Shown here piece by piece: positions 1 through 9,091 of a stretch of 64,000 nt of DNA. Position 1 is the first letter of the stretch, and the number at the start of each line of letters is the position of its first letter. This stretch comes from an uncultured Spirochaetota bacterium (GTDB taxonomy: Bacteria; Spirochaetota; Brevinematia; Brevinematales; JAOACQ01). The translations under genes were made by a program, and so were the position numbers. The notes beneath the pieces were generated by a model. The model was not told where the DNA came from, ran no database searches, and saw only the letters and a list, made by a program, of their open reading frames with translations. The DNA is taken from assembly GCA_963835575.1 (NCBI GenBank), contig CAWIGG010000004.1, positions 224,001 through 288,000 on the forward strand, read 5' to 3'.

Positions 1-563
1 TGAACGCGGGCAGACTGCTCCGGGTCCATAAGCGAAAGTAGATAAGGCACCTGGGATTTCCGTCCCGTTTCCTGGGCATGGGCATCCATTCTTTTAAAAA
101 TATCAATGATCATCAGGTCATCCTGCTTTTCCAGGATTTTTACCGAGGCCTGCGGAGGCATGTTTTCAATCTGCAGCGCCACTTGGTCCACTCGTTTATC
201 ATAAGATTCTTTTTCAGCTTTTTCTTTCTCGAAGTTATCGATCATATTCTTAACATCTTCTTTTTCACGGGCGACATTTTCCTTATCAATGGCTATTTTT
301 CTGGATTCTTCCTCAAGCTTTTTCTTTTCCTCATCAAAATTCCTGATCCTTTCATCCAGCGTCTGCCATTTCTTCTCCAGCTCGACTTTTTCAAGCAGAT
401 AAGGATCTTCTATTTTAACGGCATAGGTCTGCCGGATGAAAGGCACCTGGTTGATGATCTGCCTGTAATCGATAATCTGAAGCAAATCCAGAAGGTATAT
501 AGCCAGAAACGCCAGACCCAGATTGATAAAAAGCAAAAATAAAATCCTTCTATTTCTGGTCAT
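1..563 (-). CDS. flbB: Periplasmic flagellar collar protein FlbB (runs off the window start)
   Basis: Not in the ORF track; translated by hand from ATG at 563: MTRNRRILFLLFINLGLAFLAIYLLDLLQIIDY... N-terminal TM helix, coiled coil, C-terminal NMPPQASVKILEKQDDLMIIDIFKRMD...SQVPYLLSLMDPEQSARV typical of FlbB/MotE-like proteins; GGAGA RBS; downstream of fliJ. Confidence 0.75.
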   Translation of the reverse strand, partial: MTRNRRILFLLFINLGLAFLAIYLLDLLQIIDYRQIINQVPFIRQTYAVKIEDPYLLEKVELEKKWQTLDERIRNFDEEKKKLEEESRKIAIDKENVAREKEDVKNMIDNFEKEKAEKESYDKRVDQVALQIENMPPQASVKILEKQDDLMIIDIFKRMDAHAQETGRKSQVPYLLSLMDPEQSARV

Positions 564-584
564 AATAATTTCTTCTCCGCTTTT

Positions 585-1289
585 TTATTTAAAATTATTA
601 TATTCATTATAATACTGCAGCACATTTTTAACATAATTTTCGGTCTCTTCAAAAGGAGGGATACCGCCGAATTTATCCACCGCTTCAGGACCGGCATTAT
701 AAGCGGCAAGCGAGAGGTTCAGATCATTGTCATATTTATTGAGAAGGGCCTTAAGGAACCTGGTGCCGCCCATCACGTTTTCCCTGACATCAAGAGGATT
801 ATTCACGCCGAGGACTTCCGCCGTCTGCGGCATGAGCTGCATGAGCCCCATTGCGCCTTTCGATGAAACAGCTTCCGGATTATACTGCGATTCCTGCTGA
901 ATGACCGCTTTAATCAGTGATTTATCCACATGATAAAGATGCGAGGCCTCGTCAATCACCTGGCTGACATTTGAACTGCCGTCTTTCGTCTTGAGATTTT
1001 TATACAGCAATTCCAGGAGCTCTTTATTATCGTTCTTTGTCCCGGCGAGCTGGTTTATTTTATTATAATCCAGCAGGTTGTCCTGACCGGGAAGGCTGTT
1101 ATTCTCATCCAGCACCTGCTGAAGTATCTCGCTGAACTTAGGGTCTTCCTGTGTTTTGTTTTCCTGGTTTTCCTTTGTACTGAGATTGACCGGATTGATT
1201 GTCGGGTTCTTTCCTATAGAGCGGATTTCGTCGATCCGGGAATTTATTTCCCCGATCCGGCCTATAACGCCGCTCAGTCCTTCTATCAT
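585..1289 (-). CDS. Lytic transglycosylase (SLT domain)
   Basis: AVIQQES, GAMGLMQLMP and LAAYNAG motifs; ATG at 1289 preceded by GGAGGGG (ORF track starts at 1301). Confidence 0.9.
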   Translation of the reverse strand: MIEGLSGVIGRIGEINSRIDEIRSIGKNPTINPVNLSTKENQENKTQEDPKFSEILQQVLDENNSLPGQDNLLDYNKINQLAGTKNDNKELLELLYKNLKTKDGSSNVSQVIDEASHLYHVDKSLIKAVIQQESQYNPEAVSSKGAMGLMQLMPQTAEVLGVNNPLDVRENVMGGTRFLKALLNKYDNDLNLSLAAYNAGPEAVDKFGGIPPFEETENYVKNVLQYYNEYNNFK

Positions 1290-1390
1290 ATTCCCCTCCA
1301 CGAAAGTCGGCAGTCAGCAGACAGATCCCGGCAGAAAATTGAATCATTTTCTGTTTTGGGCTGTCAACTGTTAACTATCGACTGTATATA

Positions 1391-1855
1391 TTAATTGTCG
1401 GAAGTTATTCGATTCTCTTTATTTCTGACAAACTGGTCTTTTCCTATTTCATCAATGAGTTTCTGCTCATCTTTGGAAGCTTCATCCTCGTACCGTTTGT
1501 AGGCTTTTTCCTTCAGGATTTCCACAACCCTCCGCTCCCTTTTTAAAGCGGCGTATTTATCGATATGCTCCTGCATGATCTTACGCTTCTCTTCAATCTC
1601 AACTTCAAGCCTTTTTACCGCCACGTCGGCGTCTTTTACCATCCGGTCATAAGCCTGCAGGTCTTTCAAATTTAGCTTTGCTTTATTCTTTCCCAGCGCC
1701 GCAAGCGTTGTCCTGACATTATCAACAATCTTCTCTTTCTTATTCAAAATATACTGATAAGCGCCGCTTGCCCTGCCCAGTTCTATCTTCTCCTGATCTT
1801 CCTTCTTCTGCCGGATTTCAAGAAGTTTCTGGAGCTTAAATTCAAACTTTTTCAA
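1391..1855 (-). CDS. fliJ: Flagellar export protein FliJ
   Basis: MKKFEFKLQKLLEIRQKKE N-terminus and EQKLIDE C-terminus; coiled coil of typical length; TTG start with GGAGAGG RBS. Confidence 0.85.
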   Translation of the reverse strand: MKKFEFKLQKLLEIRQKKEDQEKIELGRASGAYQYILNKKEKIVDNVRTTLAALGKNKAKLNLKDLQAYDRMVKDADVAVKRLEVEIEEKRKIMQEHIDKYAALKRERRVVEILKEKAYKRYEDEASKDEQKLIDEIGKDQFVRNKENRITSDN

Positions 1856-1999
1856 GAGCCTCTCCCGTGTTTATTTTACATTATTTTTTTTTATACTGCC
1901 AGAAATTGAGTAAGTTAAATTATATCGGTTTTTTAGGCCATAAAATATTTAACCGTTTAATAATTATGAAAATTGTTTTTTATAAACACATATCGTCCG

Positions 2000-2028
2000 T
2001 TGACTTTTGGCATGATTTGTTTTAGAAT
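2000..2028 (+). promoter_or_regulatory. sigma70-type promoter of cstA
   Basis: TTGACT-17 nt-TAGAAT upstream of the cstA start. Confidence 0.5.
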
Positions 2029-2095
2029 CTTCTCATTATTGACCGATCGGCGGGACCGGCCGGTCGGGGCAAAATTTTTAAAAACGGAGTGAAAA

Positions 2096-4048
2096 ATGAA
2101 AATCTTAAAGCGTATTTTATGGATTTCTCTCGCTGTTATCGGTGCTTTTGCCTTTGCCGTGCTGACAAAACTCGTGAACATCTCAGAGCACGTCAACGCT
2201 CTCTGGATGATCGTCGCGGCCGCATGCATTTATATCATTGCCTACCGTTTTTATTCGGCCTTTATCTCCGCAAAAGTCCTTGTTTTGAACGATAAGAACA
2301 AAACGCCCGCGGTCATTTTTAACGACGGCCACGACTACGACCCAACCAACAAATGGGTGCTTTTCGGGCACCATTTTGCCGCCATCGCCGGGGCCGGCCC
2401 TCTGATCGGGCCCGTTCTGGCGGCGCAGTTCGGCTACCTGCCCGGCATGCTCTGGATTCTGATCGGCTCCGTGGCGGCCGGCGCCGTGCATGATTTCATC
2501 ATTCTCGTTTTCTCCATCCGGAGGAACGGAAAGTCCCTGCCTGAAATAGCCAAGGCGGAAGTCGGGCCCATCGCCGGGTTCACGGCGATGCTGGCCACGT
2601 TCTTTATCGTCATTGTGGCGCTGGCCGGGCTCGGGATCGTCGTTGTCAAGGCCCTCGCGAACTCGCCATGGTCGACATTCATCATCGCCATGACCATCCC
2701 GATCGCCATTTTCATGGGATTTTATCTCCGGTTCATCCGCAAGGGAAAGGTCGGCGAAGTCTCCATCATCGGCGTGGTGCTTCTACTTTTAGCGGTGATT
2801 TTCGGAAAAAACATACAGGGTTCGTCCCTTGCGCAGTTCTTCACGTTCAATGAACAGCAGATCACATTCCTCTTGATGGGCTACGGTTTGATCGCCAGCG
2901 CGCTTCCCGTTTGGATGCTCCTCGCTCCCCGGGACTATCTTTCAACCTACATGAAAATCGGCACCATCGCGCTTCTGGCCGTCGGCGTCTTTTTCATGGC
3001 GCCCAACATCGTTTTCCCGCCGGTCACGCAGTTTGCCGCCGGAGGCGGACCCATCATTCCGGGAGCGCTTTTTCCCTACCTGTTCATCACCATCGCATGC
3101 GGAGCGATATCGGGCTTTCATTCCCTGATATCCAGCGGTACGACGCCGAAGATGATCAAAAAGGAAAGCGAGGCCCGCGCGATCGGATACGGCGCCATGC
3201 TTGTCGAGGGCTTCGTGTCCATCATGGCGTTGATCGCCGCGACGACCCTCTCCACGGGCGACTACTTTCTGATCAACAGCCCCCTGACGCAGGACGCCCT
3301 GGCAAAACTCGGCTTTATTCCCGACAAGCTCCAGTGGTTCGAACAGCAGATCGGCATCTCGCTTGCCCACAGGACGGGCGGCGCCGTGACGCTCGCCATC
3401 GGCATGGCCAATATACTTTCCTCCATACCGGGAATGAAGGCGCTTGTCGCCTACTGGTACAACTTCATTTTAATGTTCGAGGCGCTCTTTATCCTGACGA
3501 CCATCGACGCGGGAACGCGCGTGGCCCGTTTTATCGTCCAGGAATCGGCGGGCTATTTTTATAAACCCCTCAAGAATTACACATGGATGCCCGGCCTTAT
3601 CGTCACGAGCGTTTTCGTGGTCCTCTGCTGGGGCTATCTTATCCTGACCGGCAGCATCGCCACCATCTGGCCGATGTTCGGCATTTCGAACCAGCTCCTG
3701 GCCGGCATCGCGCTGATCATCGGTTCGACCATCCTGATCAAGATGAAAAAGCTCCGCTTCGTATGGATCACCATCGTACCGGCGGCCTTTGTCCTTGCCG
3801 TGACGCTGACGGCGTCTGTCCTCGAAGTGCTGAAGTATATCAAGCTTTTAGCCGCTCCGGGGCTGACGTTCATCCAGCAGCTGACATACCGGCTGAATAT
3901 GATCCTCATCTGCGTCATGGCGGTCCTTGCCATAGTGATCGTAGTTGACTGCGTTTCGAAATGGTCCGGCTTTGCCAAAAAACCCTATAAGGAACCGGTT
4001 TCCGGCGGGCAGAAGAGCGAGATACCGGTGATGGAAGTCCCCGATTAG
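2096..4048 (+). CDS. cstA: Carbon starvation protein A family peptide/pyruvate transporter
   Basis: VLFGHHFAAIAGAGPLIGPVLAAQFGYLPG, LLAPRDYLST, ITIACGAISGFH, FILTTIDAGTR motifs; multi-TM. Confidence 0.95.
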   Translation: MKILKRILWISLAVIGAFAFAVLTKLVNISEHVNALWMIVAAACIYIIAYRFYSAFISAKVLVLNDKNKTPAVIFNDGHDYDPTNKWVLFGHHFAAIAGAGPLIGPVLAAQFGYLPGMLWILIGSVAAGAVHDFIILVFSIRRNGKSLPEIAKAEVGPIAGFTAMLATFFIVIVALAGLGIVVVKALANSPWSTFIIAMTIPIAIFMGFYLRFIRKGKVGEVSIIGVVLLLLAVIFGKNIQGSSLAQFFTFNEQQITFLLMGYGLIASALPVWMLLAPRDYLSTYMKIGTIALLAVGVFFMAPNIVFPPVTQFAAGGGPIIPGALFPYLFITIACGAISGFHSLISSGTTPKMIKKESEARAIGYGAMLVEGFVSIMALIAATTLSTGDYFLINSPLTQDALAKLGFIPDKLQWFEQQIGISLAHRTGGAVTLAIGMANILSSIPGMKALVAYWYNFILMFEALFILTTIDAGTRVARFIVQESAGYFYKPLKNYTWMPGLIVTSVFVVLCWGYLILTGSIATIWPMFGISNQLLAGIALIIGSTILIKMKKLRFVWITIVPAAFVLAVTLTASVLEVLKYIKLLAAPGLTFIQQLTYRLNMILICVMAVLAIVIVVDCVSKWSGFAKKPYKEPVSGGQKSEIPVMEVPD

Positions 4049-4095
4049 GGTATTAATAACATTCCCTGGATTGTTAAGTCGCTTACGAGGGTTTT

Positions 4096-4230
4096 AACAC
4101 AGAGGACACGGAGGGGATCGGAGAGCACTGAGAGCTGTCGGGTTAATACTGTCCATGTAATTGTAAAAGGTTCCCTGGATTGTTCCGATTCCTTTACATT
4201 AAACACGAAGACACGAAGAATCACGAAGAG
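4096..4230 (+). repeat. REP-like repeat arms (CACAGAG/CACGGAG/CACGAAG family)
   Basis: aacacagaggacacggag...agagcactgagag (4096-4134) and aaacacgaagacacgaagaatcacgaagag (4201-4230), which continues as cacaaag after the IS21. Confidence 0.55.
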
Positions 4231-4412
4231 TGGAAAATCCGGACGAAACATGCCGGGGTTCCGGGTGAAACATGCCACCCAATCCGTGTGAAACATGCCG
4301 GGTAATCCGGATGAAATGTTACCACCTACCATAAGAAAAAGCGAATCAAACACGAAGAATTCCTCCGAGAATGTTAAGCTAATCCTTCTTGAAAAAATAA
4401 GAAGGAGTTGGT

Positions 4413-5969
4413 ATGCCGAACAGGAGGAAGCCTATGAAGAAAATCCGGGAAGTGATCCGGATGATCAAAGAAAACGGCCTGAGCTGCCGTGTGACATCAA
4501 AGGCCCTGGATATTTCCAGGCCAACCGTGCAAAGATATATATCCAGGTTTGAAAAAAGCGGCCTAACCATCGCGGAAATTTATGAAATGAGCGATTCTGC
4601 TTTAATTGAAATTTTCGAATCGATGGCAGAAGGTGACAGTCAGGAAGAAACCGAAAAGGATAATCTGTACAATGAATTCCCCGAATACAGTAAGGAACTA
4701 CTGCGTACAGGCGTCAATCTGAGATTGCTTTGGGAAGAATACCTGAGAAAATATCCAGGAGGCTATCGCTATTCTCAATTCTGCTATCACTACGGCATCT
4801 GGAAAGGTTCTCTTGAAATATCCATGCACCAGGAATACAAGGCCGGAGACAAGCTTTTTGTTGATTTTACCGGCGCGAAATTTCCGATTGTAGACCGTTC
4901 CACAGGAGAAGTTATAGAGAAAGAGGTATTCGTAGCCATTCTTGGAGCAAGCCAGTATACATATGTGGAAGCGACGGATAGCCAGAAGAAAGAAGACTTA
5001 ATCAGGGCTATCGAGAACGCGTTGTATTACTTCGGAGGATCACCAAGAGCCATAATACCCGATTGTTTAAAAAGCGCTGTAACGTTGGGCAATAAATATG
5101 AACCTGCAATTAATTCTGAATTTCAGAATTTTTGCAGACATTATTCTATGTGTCCCCTCCCTGCAAGACCATATAAACCGCGAGATAAAGCACACGTTGA
5201 AAACGCCGTAAAAATCACCTACAGCTGGATATTTGCCGTTCTCAGGAATAGAGTTTTTTATACTCTGGGAGAATTGAATATTGCTATACGGGAACAATTG
5301 GGAATCTATAATTCAAAGAAGATGCAGAAGCTCAAAGTCAGCAGGCGGGAATTTTTCGAGGAAACAGAACGGAAAGAGTTAAAACCGCTTCCGAAGGAAA
5401 GATACAGTTTTAAAAGCTTCTCAAAAGCTAAGATCCAATTCAACTATCATGTCTGTCTCAAAGAAGATTCTCATTACTACAGCGTTCCATATCGATATAG
5501 AGGCAAAATGGCAGATATTGTTACTTCCGATCGGACAGTGGAAATATTTGTTGATAATATCCGCATTGCAGCCTATCCACGGGACCGTAGAAAGCAAGTT
5601 TATACAACCACACATGAACATATGCCGCCCCATCACAGGTGGGTCGGAGACTGGAATCCGGAGAAGTTAACACATTGGGGTAAGTCGCTTGGTCCGGATG
5701 TTGAAGAAATGATAAAGAGAGTCCTGCAAAGCAGGGATTATCCAGAACAGGCATATAAGGTCTGTCTGGGCATCTTAAGCCTGGCCAAAAAACTCGGAAA
5801 AGAAAGGCTCGATAAAGCCTGTAAACGGGCGCTTGATTTTCAGTATTATTCATATCAGGGAATAAAGCGGATTCTGGAGAAAGGCCTGGATAATTTTGAG
5901 GAAGAATCGGTACTGTTTCCGGCCGTTAAGATGCATGAAAATATCCGCGGAAGAGAATATTTTGAATAG
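4413..5969 (+). CDS. istA: IS21 transposase IstA
   Basis: N-terminal HTH, LFVDFTG, IIPDCLKSAV, KPRDKAHVE (DDE), YYSVPY, C-terminal HENIRG..Y. Confidence 0.95.
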   Translation: MPNRRKPMKKIREVIRMIKENGLSCRVTSKALDISRPTVQRYISRFEKSGLTIAEIYEMSDSALIEIFESMAEGDSQEETEKDNLYNEFPEYSKELLRTGVNLRLLWEEYLRKYPGGYRYSQFCYHYGIWKGSLEISMHQEYKAGDKLFVDFTGAKFPIVDRSTGEVIEKEVFVAILGASQYTYVEATDSQKKEDLIRAIENALYYFGGSPRAIIPDCLKSAVTLGNKYEPAINSEFQNFCRHYSMCPLPARPYKPRDKAHVENAVKITYSWIFAVLRNRVFYTLGELNIAIREQLGIYNSKKMQKLKVSRREFFEETERKELKPLPKERYSFKSFSKAKIQFNYHVCLKEDSHYYSVPYRYRGKMADIVTSDRTVEIFVDNIRIAAYPRDRRKQVYTTTHEHMPPHHRWVGDWNPEKLTHWGKSLGPDVEEMIKRVLQSRDYPEQAYKVCLGILSLAKKLGKERLDKACKRALDFQYYSYQGIKRILEKGLDNFEEESVLFPAVKMHENIRGREYFE

Positions 5970-5981
5970 GAGGAACTGAAT

Positions 5982-6725
5982 ATGACCAATGAAGCAACTA
6001 TTGAAAAAATGCAGAAGATGAAACTGCATGGGATGTCCAGGGCGTTTGAGGATATCATTGCCGGTAAAACGCCTGACGGCCTGACTGCCGATGAAACAAT
6101 TGCGCATCTTGTGGATTCGGAATGGGACGAAAGGTATAATCGGAAACTGTCATCTTTAATCAAAAGAGGGCGTTTCAGATATCAGGCTGGTCTGGAGAAT
6201 CTTTCTTACCGTGCGGATAGAGAACTGGATAAAAATCTGATATTGAGGCTTTCGAATTGTGATTGGATACGAAAGAAAGAAAATATGATTATTACAGGCG
6301 CTACCGGCAGCGGGAAAAGCTATCTTGCATCAGCTTTCGGTAATCAGGCTTGCCGGCAGGGCTACAGGACCCTTTATTTCAACTGTTTGAAGATTTTTAC
6401 CCGGTTAAAATTCGCAAAAGCGGAAGGTAGTTACTCAAAAGAAATGAATTTTATCCAGAAGCAGGATTTATTGATACTGGATGATTTTGGTCTTGAAATT
6501 CTTGATACACCCTCAAGATTGTCTCTTCTGGAAATGCTTGAGGACCGGCATGGTAAAAACTCTACTTTGATAACTTCTCAGCTGCCGGTAAAAGATTGGT
6601 TTGAAAAAATCGGTGATCCTACGATAGCTGACGCAATCTGTGACAGGATAAATCATTCTGCTATTAAAATCGAATTGAAGGGGGTTGATTCTATGCGTAA
6701 AATTTATGCTAAAGATTCTGGATGA
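5982..6725 (+). CDS. istB: IS21 helper AAA+ ATPase IstB
   Basis: Walker A GATGSGKS, Walker B LLILDDFG, TSQLP, ADAICDR. Confidence 0.95.
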   Translation: MTNEATIEKMQKMKLHGMSRAFEDIIAGKTPDGLTADETIAHLVDSEWDERYNRKLSSLIKRGRFRYQAGLENLSYRADRELDKNLILRLSNCDWIRKKENMIITGATGSGKSYLASAFGNQACRQGYRTLYFNCLKIFTRLKFAKAEGSYSKEMNFIQKQDLLILDDFGLEILDTPSRLSLLEMLEDRHGKNSTLITSQLPVKDWFEKIGDPTIADAICDRINHSAIKIELKGVDSMRKIYAKDSG

Positions 6726-6967
6726 AACATGCCACCTGCCTTAAAATGTTTTGGGAATTTTAGTGTTTTGAAAAGTGGTAACATTTCGCCCGGAACCCCG
6801 GCACATTTCACCGGAATACGCAAAGAGCACAAAGGGTGTTTAGCATTTCTTTTTTGTTCAATTATAGATATTCATAAGCTTTTCTTTATTATTATATCTG
6901 ATTGTTCACGCGGATCGGCGCGGATGGGACGGATTTGCGCGGATATTGTTTAATGTAATTTCAATTT

Positions 6968-8008
6968 TTATGAATCACCTTTTATTTTATTTGTTTTTAA
7001 ATAATGTTCGAAATATTCTAAAAGCTTTTCATGCCTATTTTGGATTTGGTACCTTTCACCTGGAGCATTATTAAGATGTGATTTAAATATGTATAGTTCT
7101 TTGTTTTTTCTATCAAAACCTGCTTTATCTTCTTCTTTTATTCTTTTCCACAATTTAATAACAAACTCTACAAATTTAGGCATTTTCTTATCAATTACAT
7201 TGTCCGCATTCATTATAAATTCTACAAATAAATATATTGATAATATCAAAGATCGATTTTTTATTTCAGCAATCTTCTCTCCGAAATATTTTTCTAATTC
7301 ATTTAAAACTTTTAAAATAGATCTACATTTTTTTTTAAAGAATATTAGATCATCACCTTCCGGTTTTTGATATTGTTCAAAAAAGATTTTTAGATCTTCA
7401 TATCTTGTTCCAGAAAATTGATCAATTTTTTCTTTGTAAAATGAATTTATCACTATTTGAGCACATAGAGTTTGCTTTGCATATCTATGATTTGGAATTT
7501 TTATCAATTGAATAAATTTATGAGAATTCATTTCGTTAAAAACAAAATCTTTCATGTACCCAACTTTTGCATGTAATTTTTCCCCGGTTATTAATAATAA
7601 ACCTAACTGTAATCTTAAAAAAAGTTCTCTTAAATAGTCTTTTGTTGCCCCTTTTATTTCTACAATCTGTATTTCATAATTTAAAAATTGAAGCTCAATA
7701 TCATTATTTAAATCTCTAAATTTATAACTTTTACTATTTAATTTACAATCATATTCATTATCGATAAATTCCCAAATAGCCCATAAACGTTGTTGACCAT
7801 CTATAACTTCATATTCTTCTTTTCCAATTTTTGAAAAATAAAGTTTTGGAATATCAATGTCATTGAAAATTGAATCAATAAGCAGTTGTTTATCTCTTAT
7901 CTTCCATAATTTTGGTTCTCTTTGAAAGTCAGGACATGAAATAGAATCTCTTTTTTGATAAATTTTTTCTATTGACCAAGGTATAACAACTCTTTCTACA
8001 TTCTTCAT
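6968..8008 (-). CDS. DUF262 (ParB/Srx-like, GmrSD N-terminal) domain protein
   Basis: PDFQR..W, LIDSI...IP, VIDGQQRL motifs; no C-terminal HNH/DUF1524 motif seen; start overlaps the upstream gene's stop (ATGA). Confidence 0.85.
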   Translation of the reverse strand: MKNVERVVIPWSIEKIYQKRDSISCPDFQREPKLWKIRDKQLLIDSIFNDIDIPKLYFSKIGKEEYEVIDGQQRLWAIWEFIDNEYDCKLNSKSYKFRDLNNDIELQFLNYEIQIVEIKGATKDYLRELFLRLQLGLLLITGEKLHAKVGYMKDFVFNEMNSHKFIQLIKIPNHRYAKQTLCAQIVINSFYKEKIDQFSGTRYEDLKIFFEQYQKPEGDDLIFFKKKCRSILKVLNELEKYFGEKIAEIKNRSLILSIYLFVEFIMNADNVIDKKMPKFVEFVIKLWKRIKEEDKAGFDRKNKELYIFKSHLNNAPGERYQIQNRHEKLLEYFEHYLKTNKIKGDS

Positions 8009-9084
8009 TTTTCAATTACTTCCTTTAAATAACTTCCTTTTTTTAGATTAAATTCACCTTTCTTTAAATGATTCATACTTTTTATTTTAAGCCAATAACT
8101 AAAAATATTACTTAAAGCTGATTTTTCAATTTCCCCCTCGTCACTGAGATCTTTGTATAATGAAAAGTCGCCATCTGTATTATTCCCTAATGGAACGATA
8201 TTATTTAGAAATGAATATTCACTATTTATCCTTTTTTCTGCATTTTTATCAATAATTAATTCTATTGTAAAATTCTTTCCATTACAACAATAATTTTTAT
8301 ATTGAGCATTAAACAACAAAGAAATTATATTCCAGTCATTTTGACTTAATGAACAGCCAATTATTCTTAAAATATCACAATTTTTTACTAGTAATTCATA
8401 AGCAATACCCATTAGCTTATTGTATGGATATTCTTTAGATTCTTTTAAAATTGTCGGTGGAATCCATTGTATATTAGGATCGTATTTACTATCAGTATTC
8501 AATGGTACAACTTTTATAGGTATATCATGAAGCCAATCAAAAGAACCATGCAATTTTATTATTGGGGGAATACTAGTTTTATATTTATAATAATCAGATT
8601 GAAAATTAAATCCTAAGTTTAAACCACCATATACCTTGTGTGATGCAACTTGAAATAAATTATCATGATTTAGGCTAATAATACCTTCCAGCTTTTCAAC
8701 ATTTTTTAAAAAATAGTCATTATGATGCATTTCAAGTAAAGCTACGGTTAGTTGAGGATTATTTAAGATATTTGCTTTAAACAAACTATTTAAAATTTCA
8801 TTAAAATAGAATTCCCTTAATTTTTCCGCCACTTCAATATTTTTTTTTAAACCAGTGGCAGTAAATAAACTTATTAATTTTTCAATATCTATATCTTGAC
8901 CTTTTTTAATAATCAAAGCCCATTCTCTACTAGATTTGGCTCTTTTTATTATACGTGAACTGATTCCCTCTCCATGGATTTTACTATCCTTCATAAGCAA
9001 ATTAATTTTTTCACCACCTTTATTATCTGCTTCAGCTTGTGTTGCTCCAGCACCAATTAAATAAACAATCTTTTTAGCTGCCAT
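8005..9084 (-). CDS. SIR2-like (SIR2_2) protein, putative NADase
   Basis: YLIGAGAT, SLNHD, KLHGS, IPPT..K, IIGCSL..ND motifs. Confidence 0.8.
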   Translation of the reverse strand: MAAKKIVYLIGAGATQAEADNKGGEKINLLMKDSKIHGEGISSRIIKRAKSSREWALIIKKGQDIDIEKLISLFTATGLKKNIEVAEKLREFYFNEILNSLFKANILNNPQLTVALLEMHHNDYFLKNVEKLEGIISLNHDNLFQVASHKVYGGLNLGFNFQSDYYKYKTSIPPIIKLHGSFDWLHDIPIKVVPLNTDSKYDPNIQWIPPTILKESKEYPYNKLMGIAYELLVKNCDILRIIGCSLSQNDWNIISLLFNAQYKNYCCNGKNFTIELIIDKNAEKRINSEYSFLNNIVPLGNNTDGDFSLYKDLSDEGEIEKSALSNIFSYWLKIKSMNHLKKGEFNLKKGSYLKEVIEK

Positions 9085-9091
9085 AACTTTC

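Larger units (their letters stand above)
4231..6822 (+). mobile_element. Complete IS21-family insertion sequence
   Basis: Starts TG and ends CA; imperfect terminal IRs with multiple ~22-bp subterminal repeats (CCGGnnGAAACATGCC); 5-bp target duplication AAGAG at 4226-4230 and 6823-6827; istA and istB inside. Confidence 0.93.

Noticed and set aside
78..542. 154-aa plus-strand ORF
   Set aside because: Antisense shadow of flbB
1920..1955. sigma28 promoter upstream of fliJ
   Set aside because: ACCGATAT is present but no TAAA at the 15-nt spacing
2183..3978. Long alternative-frame ORFs within cstA
   Set aside because: Expected by-products of GC-rich codon usage; no motifs or RBS
4231..4326. Four ~22-bp repeats that could be mistaken for a mini CRISPR array or iterons
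   Set aside because: No unique spacers; they are the subterminal repeats of the IS21 left end and recur at the right end
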